The position numbers were made by a program, and so were the translations under genes. From a virus, in IMG/VR virus record IMGVR_UViG_3300027779_002128, positions 11,632 through 75,631 of that record: 64,000 nt of DNA; one strand, given 5' to 3'. The notes beneath the pieces were generated by a model that saw nothing but the letters and a program-made list of their open reading frames with translations, was not told where the DNA came from and did no database searches. The first letter of the stretch is position 1. The number at the start of each line of letters is the position of its first letter. Shown here in pieces: positions 30,501 through 42,500 of the stretch.

Positions 30501-33500
30501 TGGTTTTCCGTTATGAGATGTTGTTGTGTATTCACTTGATATCCACGCCCAAATACCATCGTCGGAATAACCGTTACATAAGTAACGTCCAGTGTACGGT
30601 GCTTTAAAGTAACCTTTAAGTTCTGTTGAGCTGTACTTTGCTAATGTTGTTCGCTGTATTGTGCTAATAGTTGTTTTAGCTAATTCTCTAACACCTGGCC
30701 CTGTTGCAACTTTATCATGATTGTGACAATGTTGCCATTCCCCCCACTTTGCGTCTGGCATGCTGTTATATGCACCCGAGTTATAAGGATTAGGTAAACG
30801 CATATACGGATAGTATATGTTATCACAATGAACTTTCTTTTGGTATCCAGTTTTATTACGATCAAATCGTTCGTTGTCGGACTTATGTTGCCCAAAGTAA
30901 CCCCAACTGTTAGTGCCTTGCCATGTACTTTTAACAGCACCTTGAGTATATGCAGTACTGTGTCCTTCAACACATGCGGCTGTTGGCGGATTTATAAGGT
31001 CGCTGTCAACTACAGCACCAGTAAACTCAATAATTGCTTGCCATAAAACTGCTGTTGTTTGTGTATCTGCTCTAGTAACAGTAGAATCTGGTCTAATAAA
31101 TATAGTAACATATTCGCCTAAACTACATTTCACAGCTGAACTTATAAAACCAATACCTGATACACCAATATCATGTTGTAACCACTTTGCTCTATTGTCG
31201 GCGTGATCAGACTTTTTAGTACTATCTAAGTCTGTATCGCCACTAAACTGTAACATTCCTGTGGTTGTGTTTATATGGTTTGCCGATACTCGTTGATCGC
31301 TTTCTGATGCAACTGGTCCCGGATTTGAACTAGCATCAAAAGCCCAATCTTCTCTGCTTTGGCGTTGGCTTATTAAATTAGAGTCTACAATATCATTACG
31401 CTTTAAGTTTGTGTTGCCAATAAAGTCTACACCGTATTGTGATACTTGATCGCCTTTTGTTCCTCTAGCGTCTCCAGATACTTGAGTACTTTCTAGTACT
31501 CTTGCGTTCATCCACCAATTCAGCTCTTTTGTTGGTCGCTTATTAGCACCATTAGGATTCTTTACCCAGCCACCGTTAGATACACCAGTCTCAGCACCAG
31601 TGAAAGGATTAATTACAGAGTCATCGACTAATCCAGCTTTGCCTTCTGTAGCATAAAAGTATGGTTCGGTGTTTTGCACCATTACTACACTTCCGTGTTC
31701 TAATTGTGTGGAACTTTCTAAGAAGTCAAAGAACACTCTAATAGAATTGTTTCCTGAAATATTTACATTTACATATTGCCAGTTACTGGTGTCAAATTTG
31801 TCTGCGTATGTACCTGCAGAAGTACCTGCAGAAAAGTCAAACGACTCATTGTCTGTATATGTTACACTACCAGTTTGGTCAATACCAACGTCTGCCGCTT
31901 CTTCTTTAGTTAATACTATGTCTTCACCTCTGCGTTGAGCATTAGTGTTATCAATAATTGCATACTCTAGCTGACCTAGTTCAGCCGCACAAGAACTTGA
32001 ATCATTAGCAGGTGATGTAAGTTCTGGTAGTGTTGCACAAGGTCCTGGTAAGCCAGCTAAGAACTCACCGTTTAACATTGGCCCTAGTGGTGTAGTGGGA
32101 ATTGTATGGGCATTAGTTGTACCAGGTGCTAACTGTCCTGTTTTTCCTACGTTAACTTCACCATCAGCAATTTGGTCACCTATACCTAATTCAACAGTTA
32201 CACCTTCGTCATCACTGTCTGTACTTCCGCCTGCTACAGTAGTAGGTCTAAATAAATCTAAAATACTATCTTCATTATAATCTGTTGGCAACCTATCAGC
32301 AATAGTGTTATTCCATCCTCTGCCTGCCCAACCTGTATCTGGTATTAGTCTGCTAGTATGTGCATTGCCAGGAAGTTCAGTAAGTCTAATATATTTTACC
32401 CTAGTTACTGTACCTGTGTAATTAGATAATACAGGGGTCGGTTGACCTGCGGCATTAAGTATGCTATAATTCCAACTTGTGAGCTGGTTTGTATATACAT
32501 GTTCTTCGGTCCAGAAACAAGCAACAAATAATTCTTCAGGGCGTATACCTGTAATACCTATATCTTCATTAGTTGAAGTTACATATTCTGGTAATGTTAT
32601 AGTTCCTGGCACCCTACCTAATATCTCTGCTTCTTCTTCAGATATTATGTTACCGTCGGTGTCTGTAAATATTTCAATTTTATAAGCAACTGCTTCTGGA
32701 CTCACAGTAAATTTCTTACTGTACATAAATCTAGGCATTAATCCGCTGTATGGTGTTTTGTCTGTCTCGACATAACTTGCTACATCTGGATAATCAGTTG
32801 GTAAATGTGTATCATTTAGAGTATAGTAACCTCTACCATAACCGAATACTGTGTCTCCACCATTAACACCAGGTAAGTACCCTGGTCCTTCAGGTCCATC
32901 TGATGGCTTCCACATATTTGGTTTAAGCCCTGGTGTCCACATAAAGAATTTGTTATGACCTGTGTCACTAACTGTAACAGTATTGCCTGTAATTTTTAAT
33001 CCTGAAATAGCATTAATATTTGCTACAGGATCTGAATTGTTGCCGCCTGTAACTGCAAATGGTTCTTCTATAGTTTGTAAACCAATAAATGCGGCTGGCT
33101 CAACTGGAGGTAAATTAACTACACTAACAGTTGATTCTACTCTCATAGGATCTAGTCTATTAGTAATTCTGTTACTAGCATCCACAGTTGGTGTAATGCC
33201 GTTTATGTAATAATATTCAGTTCGTTTGTAGTTACCAAAACTGCTCCATAAATTAACAGTTCCGTAATAGTCTATTGGTGAGTCAACTATCTCTGGATTA
33301 ATTTTATCAACTAGTATGTAATAGACGTCACCGTTTGCCGAACCTGCACCATCGTTTTGTACAGCTTCGTAAACTTCAAATAAGTTTAGTTCACTAACAG
33401 CTAATCTAAATGTCGGTATAGTAACAGTACTTGAATTAGCAAGTGTTTTAGTAACTGTAGATAACATGTTATAGCTAATACGTTTTGTACCTGGCGCTGT

Positions 33501-36500
33501 AGCTGATACTGAGTTGTTAGTTGGTATTACATTTAGTAATAAATTTGCGTTATTTTCTGCTGTAGCATCTGCAAAGTATCCGCTTAATGTAGTAGAACTT
33601 GTATTGCCAACTAGCTCGGCCCAACGTGCCACTTCGAATACTGTGTTGTTTGACATAGTAATGTCGGCACTTGCTTTATAACTCTTAGAGTTGTGACTAA
33701 CAATAGCGCCAGACCAGTATGCTATATTTTCTAATGGATCTGAGCTAACTGTAAATCCTACAGACGCTTCCCACGTTGTATATTGTGCTACTGTCTGTGC
33801 TTGGTGGTTAGACGGCACAGCTGATTTATTACTATTCGCACTCGGGGTAGTAGTTTCTTGTGTTGAGGAATATGCTCTATATTTTCCTAATGGTGCATTC
33901 CAAATATAGTATATTAATGTATCTGGATCAGTATATGCTAATCCATGAATTGGCCCACTATTAAGTGGTCCTGGATTAAACTCGTTATCAATAACATTTT
34001 CGCCTGCACTTGCATACGAAATACTCTTTTCAGATACTAATGCTCCGCCACTTATTTCGTTAACTAAAGATGGATCATTAATGTATGCTCCGTAGTTACT
34101 AATGTACTTAGAAGATAATCCGTTAAACACCGTTGTGTCTGGATTATTCATTATAACAAATCCAACTTCTGAACCTCTATCTTTTTGTCTTACATGTTCT
34201 CTTCTTAAACCAATTGCTCTGTTAATAGAACTTTCAACTGCTTTAGCACTATTAATGTTGTCAATTTTAAAGGTGCTACCGTTAACATTTACTTCGTCAA
34301 ATCCAAGTGTTGTAACCAGAGGGTATCTGTCCGAGTCTCTACCACGTTGTCTTGCAACTGATATTCCAACCGGTGGATAAGTGTTAGCTGGTGTTACTGC
34401 TGGCAAGGCGTCTGTATGAATTTTTATTTTTGCGCCTTCTGATCTAACAAACTGTGGTGGAACAATATTGCTGTTAGCACTATATGTTACAATTATCTCA
34501 TTTAGTTTTGGATCATTTGTAACGTCTACAACGTTTGTTGCTGTAGCACTATTAGTACCGTCGTATGCTGTTGCACCTGTTAACGTTGCTATTTTATGTT
34601 CGTAGTATGTTGCTGTTCCTGTTATAGGTGCCCATCTTCCGCCTATGTTAATAGTGTTAGGCGTTAATGAATCTATAATATAAGTTTTGTTATATGCTTT
34701 AGGGTCAGCAAAATGTACTGCTATAGATTTGTTTGATGACGCATATATTGGAGAGATTCCGTGAGGAGCCACTGTTTTAATTTGTATGCCATCACCGTAA
34801 ATTGAACCTGATGAGAACCCAGGTATATATGGTGCTTTGATTATAACATTGTCTGTGTCTATAACAGTATCAATATTGTATGCACCACTAAATGTATTTG
34901 TAAATACTCTAATAGTATCACCGACTGTAAGACAGTGATTTGCAATTGTTAGTTTAGATTTATTTAAATGCCTAATAGTAACATTTTGAGAATACCCAAT
35001 TGTTGAGCCTGATGTAATGTCTTCAAACTCAAATCTTCTATAACCAGTGTCTGTTACTGTGAAGTGAGTTGCACCATTAGGGGTAAACGTTGTTACTACT
35101 TTTGCTTCGTAACCTATGTTTTTTAAGTTTGTGATTACGTTTGCTACACCAAAAGCAGGATGCTGTAAAATAAAAGTTCCTGTAGTTGTGTTGTACGATA
35201 TTAATTTAAATCTACGATTTTGTATAACTTTTATAGCATCATATGTTGCTTGTTCACTTACGGTTCTCGGGGTAGTTATTTTAAATGCTAAACTATCTTT
35301 CATGTCGCTTAAGAATCGAATACCAACTTTAGTTGCATTATTGCTAGCCGCGGCATATAGTTTTGCTATTGGTGATGTAGCTGGTGTTGTTTTAGTTGCT
35401 GTTGCTGTTGCATTGCCACTAACTGTTACTGCAACTGATGTAGCACTATAACCACTACCTCTGTTGTACATAACAATACTGTCAACTAATGCATTTAGTG
35501 TTGATGTTAGTAACGCTGTTACAGTTGCATCACCTTGTACAGTAATTGTTGGTGCTGTTGTATATCCTGCACCTGCATTTGTTACTGTTACTGCTGTAAT
35601 AGTTCCATCAGAATTAATTGTAGCTGTTGCTGTTGCAACATTTGCCAATCCGAATGTTGGACTACTTGAATCTGGGTCAGTATTTTCTGGGTCGCTAATT
35701 ATTAATATTGGTGCCGCATATCCTAAACCACCGTTACCTATTGTAACTGCTGTGCTTATAGGACCAATAATTGTTGCTAGTGCTGATGCAGTATCGCTTG
35801 TAGGACTAGCTGTAAGTGTAACTGTTGGAGCACTAGCATAACCAGAACCTCCACTGCTAACTGTGATACTCTCGACCCTAATTGGATCTACAACAACTTG
35901 ATTTGTTCCACCAGCAGTAAGTGTCGCAGGATTCTGAGTTTCTATACCAACATTGTCTACTAACTGAAATGCGTCTAAATTGCTTATGCTTGTTATGTCA
36001 CCAGTTGCTACAACTTTATCACTCTTGTTTATAGGGGTTAACGTAACACCATTAATAATTTTACCTAAGTGAGGATTAACTGCTGTAATTGTTTTGCTTA
36101 CTTGAGGCCCAATACTTTCAATACGAGCCTGAATCATTTGCGGAGCACTAAAGTCTGTAATCTGAGATTGTTTTTCTTGTACTACATTTTCGTTAGTCCA
36201 CACAACCACTTGATTGTTTATGTTTGCATTGTCTAGAGACAAGTAGTAATCTAAATACTTGCCAGAATCTGTTGTACCAATTTCATTGGTATCTAAGTAG
36301 TTAAATAAACTGTCATTAGTTAGTAATGATACTTTCCCGCCTGCATTTCTTTTTAGGTAGTGAACTGATGCGTCTGTTGGCGTTAGTTTATAAACATTCC
36401 AGTCGTTATCTTCACTGTATGCAATATGTACTAAGTCGTTTGTTGTAGGCTTAAATATTAAATCACTGCTGTATAGCTCTGGCAGACTAGCGATATCAAA

Positions 36501-39500
36501 TGACTGGAAGGTAACATTACCCTTGTTCACATAACCAGCATTTTTAATGGTAGCATACTTAGGATCTGTTAAACCAGATGCATTAACTAATTTAGTTGTT
36601 GGCCACAAGTTGTTTTCTTTAACACCTGTAGGCTTTTTAATAAACCTTGTTGAGTCATCAATATCAATTAATATTGTGTCATCGTTTTTATCGTCGGCTG
36701 TAACTGCGTAGTTTCTTTTAGTTCCCATTCTAACAGCAATACCGTCTTGTGCTGTTACTTTAATGTTTAATACAGCACCAGGTATATCAGTTTTCAATGA
36801 TGTAGCTAGTGTTACTGTTGGATCTTCTATAACCTTAATTACAGTTCCACTTGCAATAACTTTAACTATTTGCTGTTGCTTACCATCAGCATCTGCTGTA
36901 GTAGGTGGATTCATGATAGTTGACTTAACACTCTCCGGAAGTCTCTTAACATCTGGGAATGTAACACTGGCACCATTTGCGGCAATAGTAAACATTGTTC
37001 CGTTTACTGTTGTGTACTGCTGATCAGCAGTACTAGAATTATTGTCGTGATCACCGAATGCTAATGAGTTGTGATTGTTACTTATTAACACATTGCCGAT
37101 ATATAAATCAACAAACTTATAGTTACCGTCTTCGCCAACTTCTAGATTGTTTGTATCAATCGCCGTGCTTAATGTAATTGTAAAACTGTTGTTTTGTTCT
37201 GGGTATACAATAACACCATCTGCTCTAGTGGCAGTAGTATCTAAACTTGGATACGTTGCTGTTGTTGTTACAGAACTAATGCTACCTGAATCATATGTAA
37301 AATATGAAGAAGCAACCGCTGTACCGTCTATTGTTACGGCTACATCGTTAATTGTTGTTTGCGTAGTTGAACCAGCCATTGCACTTGATACTGCATATCT
37401 TTGTATAGGTTGGTAATGTACATTGGCATTAGAATTATCAGTACCAAAGTTGTCTGCATTGTCTAAGTAAAAATCTTTACCGGCAAATATTGCAGTATAT
37501 TTTGTTACTGTTGAACTTCCACTAATAACTTCTGATGGTACTAAACTAACTTTTACATTAGCATTAATGGCTAAGTTATCATTAATCGCTGTTAGTACAT
37601 TTGCTGTAGTAATAGCACTTCCACCATTTGTTACTGTAATTACTTGTGCGGTATTTGAACTTAACGCATCAGCAATAGTAATTGATGCAGTTGTTTGTGT
37701 AAAGTCAAAGTAGTTGCTTATAGGTGCAATAGTTTTATTAATTGTTGAACTACCTGAACTAAGTACTATATTACTTGCTAGTACTTTTGCAGTAGGTATT
37801 GCCCCGTAACCACTTCCTGAGTTTGTAACAGTTATTTTTTGTAGTTTACTTGTTGCTGTATCTAGTGTTGCTGTAGCTGTTGCTTGTACTCCACCTATTC
37901 CTGGTCCGGAGATTTCAATACTAGGCACAATGTTATATGCATAAGTGGCATCTACAACATCGACTCTTTCAACAATGTTAGTAACATTTTCTGGAAAGTC
38001 TAAAGTAATTAATTGCGGGTCTTGAGTTATTTCTGTTTTAACAAGTTTTAGCTCAATGCTTTGATCATTTTCAGTGTCGCCGAAGTCGCCCACTCTAAGA
38101 GCCCATTCATCAAATATGCTAACGTTACCTGATACTACTGCACTACTTCTAGCAATTCTTCCTAAACTTTCTTTAGTACCTTTGCCTTGTATCATGCCTC
38201 TGTAGAAATCAAACTGCTCATCATCTTGAATATCAAGTTCAGTTAAGTAGTCCCGTTCAGTGTAACCAAATAATGATCTACTTGCTTGGTATACTTGCTT
38301 CTCTACTGGAATAAATCCAAACTCGTGATAACGTCCTAGGCTCTCTGCCATGTTATCTAAGTTAGGTAATAATTCTTCACCATCAATAATAAATCCTTGA
38401 CTTAAGAATTTGCCTTCCCAGTTTGCTGTTCGTTGTCCTTTAAGTTTAATACGTTTGTGTCGTTGATTAAACGTGTCATTAAAAATAACATCACTAAAGT
38501 TTGTTTCGTTATCAAATACCAATGCATGTTCAATCTCTTTAGTAAACAACATTAAACTATAAATTTGGCTTCCAGTTGGTGGACTTACTTCTATGTAATC
38601 ATTTTCTCTAAGAATAGTACAATGCGTAGGATCTATTCCTTCGCCTATTTGATCTAGTATTGCAAACTGCTCTCTGTCTGTTCTATTAATTTTTGCAATG
38701 AATCCTCTAGGAGCAATAAACTTAACATTGCCGGCTAGTGGAGATAGTTCAATAGTGTTACCTATTTGCCATACGCCAGTTGTCCAGAACAAAAATTGTT
38801 TTGCACTATAGGCCCAATCTTTAACAGCGGCAATGTCGCTGTCAAACTGGCTAAAATCAAAACCTTGACTGGCTTGGAATCTACCTAAGTTAATCATTAG
38901 ATCAACAACTTCTTGTACTGTTGTGTACTCAGTTTCATATGGAATACGTTTTATTACTTCAGTTGAATCTAAATACTGTACTGCTGTTGCAGAATCAATC
39001 TGAGGTAGTTTAGCAAGCCTTTGCCATAACTTAGTATCAAATATTGTACCTGATGTTATACTTAACGGTGCTTGATAAAAATTATTTCTATATTGTACAA
39101 TATTGCCAGTGCTGTAAGTTACACCTTGTTTCCATACAGAAAATGTTTCAGGATCTCCGCCAACTTCTATTCTCAGAGATTTTCCTGTTTTAATACCTTC
39201 TATTACTTCAAAGTATCCTCTGTTCTTATCAAATCCTCTAACTCTATATCCAGTTGAAGTTTGTTCAACAACAACACCTGAGTAGAAGTTTCTTGACTTG
39301 TAGTTACTACTATGCAATGTTGTTGTAATATTTTCTTTAGGAATAATTAAACTTGTAGCATTACCGGAATTACTATATTGGTCTGTTCTTGCAGAAAGTG
39401 TGTCTTTGTCAATAAAGCCACTCATTCTATGTGCAAGTTTAACATTAAGTGAACGCAACGGTGTAGCAAAGTTTAGTGTAGTATCTAACCCTTGGAACTT

Positions 39501-42500
39501 TAACCAACTATTAATAAACTGCGTGTAACCAATGTTAGTGTGCATTTTACCAGTAGTTTTATTTACATCACCGTGAATTTTAAAATCTGTTGTGTTTAAG
39601 AACTTCCAACGTTTATTAGTATTTTTACTTAAGAACTGTGTATTGTTAACTGCTGGTCTTGACAACGTTGTAGGGTCTGAGAATACAGTTGCAAAACGAC
39701 CTGGCTTAGCTAATAGTAATGCTTCTGCTAAGGCAAACGGATATGTTGAACTGTACTTAAATGCATTTTCTACTGGTGCGCCATCACCAAATTTCCATAC
39801 ACCGTCTAAGCCTGTGCCTTTTGCTAATGTAGTAGATTTAGTACTTGTTAATGCCGCTGTTGCTGATGAATTAGTTTTGCCAGAAAATGTGCTGTTGTCT
39901 TTACCAGAAACAGATACTGTTACTTTAGCTCTAACACCGCCGCCACCTGTTATTGTTGCTGTTGCATAAGTATAACCAGAACCAGGAGTTGTTACGGTCA
40001 CACTTGTTAATTTTTTATTTGTAATTACTGCTGTAGCCGCCGCGTTGTTACCGTCTCCTGTTATTACTACACTTGGTGCAGAAGTATATAATCCACCTTT
40101 ATCTGTAACATTTATTGAAGTTACAGCACCTACTTGTTCTGAAACACTTCTGTACTCTCCTTTCCATCTATCTGTACTAATAATACCGCCACCTACATGA
40201 TAAGGGAAAGCAGGTGTGCCGTCAGCATTGATGGTTGCTACATAGTGATAAATTGGTGTTGCACTATCCGGTGTTACAGCTAATCTCATGTTGTAGCTAG
40301 TTGTATATCCACTAGAACCGGCACTTGCACTTATTTTAAAGTCTTTTATATATTGTCCAGTTGGCTTTCCGCCTGGTCCAGTTGTTTCGTCTGCGTTGCC
40401 AGTTCCCCTTGCTCTTGTATCTAATTCCCAACCGCTTTTTATTCTAACAATACTACTTGTATTGTCTGATGCATCACTATAACCATATGGTCCGTAAATT
40501 GGTAAACCATCAAATGCCCAACCCACAATAGGTGAAGCAGAGTCTGTTGCCCATGCTGTTAAGCCAATTACTTCTGGTGTTATAGTGTAATGTGTTTTTA
40601 CACCAGCCGTTGTAATAGTAGAATTGCCTAAGCCACTCTCTTGTCCTTTGTTATAAATCCATGTTGCTGTGTCGTACGTCTTATTGTTGTCCCACCACTT
40701 GCCACTGTCTAGACTCATTAACGGATCACCGTTAACTAGTACACCAACGGCGCCTGCTTTTGTTTGACTAGATGCATTCCAAGATGATGAATCATTTAAT
40801 TGTGTTAATCTAGGAAAAGCAAATGTTGTTTTTTGCTCTGTAGTTTTACTAGTTGTAGTAGGTAAGTTATTACTTTCAACATACAATTTGTTATTATCTG
40901 TACTAACACTAATACCATCTAATGCTCTAAAACTACCTGTTCTAAACGCAAACAAACTGTCTGCTGTTCCTGTAGTGTTAGCCCAGTCTACTGTAATAGA
41001 CGAACTATCTGTTGTTTTAATTCTGTAAGGGCTTATAAGTTTAGCACTAGAATCTATAGGTAAAACTTTACTTAACCCAATACGTCTGTATGGATTATTA
41101 ACTGTATAACTAGTTGTGTTTTTTCTAGGTCCTTGTCTAATAATACCTTGTTCTAAGTCAGCCCACAGTACTATATTAGTTGAGCCATAATTAATAGACG
41201 GGGTACTTTTACTAACATCGGTATCAGCATACACATAATATTGTGCATCAAACCATAACGGCTTTTCTGTAAAGCCTAGCATTTCCCACGGATGAGTGTT
41301 AGGTCTTACTGTATCGTAATAGTACTCGTAAAATCCTCTCCAATGTCCTGGTAAGTCTGTTGAGCTATAGTTCCATGTCCATTCATCAGTAGAATCATAA
41401 AATTCATTTACAACTGGATCTAGTTTGTTGCTAATATTCCATGCTGAGAAGTAATGTCTTAATAAATCGTGAAACTCGTTGTGAGTATATCCGTTAGTTC
41501 TAAATGCACCACATCTTATATCTATACTGTTGTACGCTGGTAGACTGTTAGCTGTTCTAAATTCTGCTTTTGCAGAGTTGTAAATTCTAGTTTCAAATTC
41601 TAAAAGAATATCGTCTCTAAAATCACCAAATGCTTTTTGTCTACTTCCGTCATGTCCTATTAGTGTTGATATGCTCGTTTTAAAACTTGTATCTGTTGCT
41701 ATTATTGGTTGGTGTAAAGGTAGTATACCCATTGTACTTGGAGTCGGTGGGCACTGAGCACTATCTCTTTCTGCGTTATACAGTTTAGTACATAGTGTGT
41801 CGCCTGCTGTTACTGTAGTTACTAATGTTATTTCTATTGGGTTATAACTTGAAATAGTATAATCTTTTTCAACAGTTAATAATTTATTATTTAAGTATAC
41901 TAGCAGACTGTTCTCAATTAAGTCTAAGTCTAAATACTTAGTTAATGTGTAAGCAGTTGTACCTAGTGTAATAATAAAGTCTTGTTTAGTATAGTTGTCT
42001 CCAAAAGGCAAGATATATGTTTTACTGAATACATCTTTGCCAATCTTAAAACTGGTAACGTTTCTTAATACTTGCTCGAGAATATATTCATTGGACAAAC
42101 CTGTTACAGATTTATCTGAGTAATATTTTTCTATCTCATGTCTTACGCGATTTTTAAATTTAACATATTCATTTGCATTAAATCTTAATGCATCAACTAA
42201 GTTGCCTGGCTGGTCGTCAAGTAGAAATGCGCCAAGCAAAATGTCTTGATTGGTTTGCACTATATTGTTTTCAATACCAGCAACTTTAGGACCGTCTTGG
42301 TAGTTGTTACTACCTAATGATTTTCCTGTAAACCCTTCTTGTCCTTCAATATGATCTTTAAATTGTCCTGTGTACTCTGGTGCACTAATATATGTTATGT
42401 CAGTATTCTTAGTGTTATGTCCCCAACTTAATGGTATTTCGTATTTACTAATACCAGTTGTGCTAACTAATCCTTTGTCTGAGTACGCACTAATTTCTAT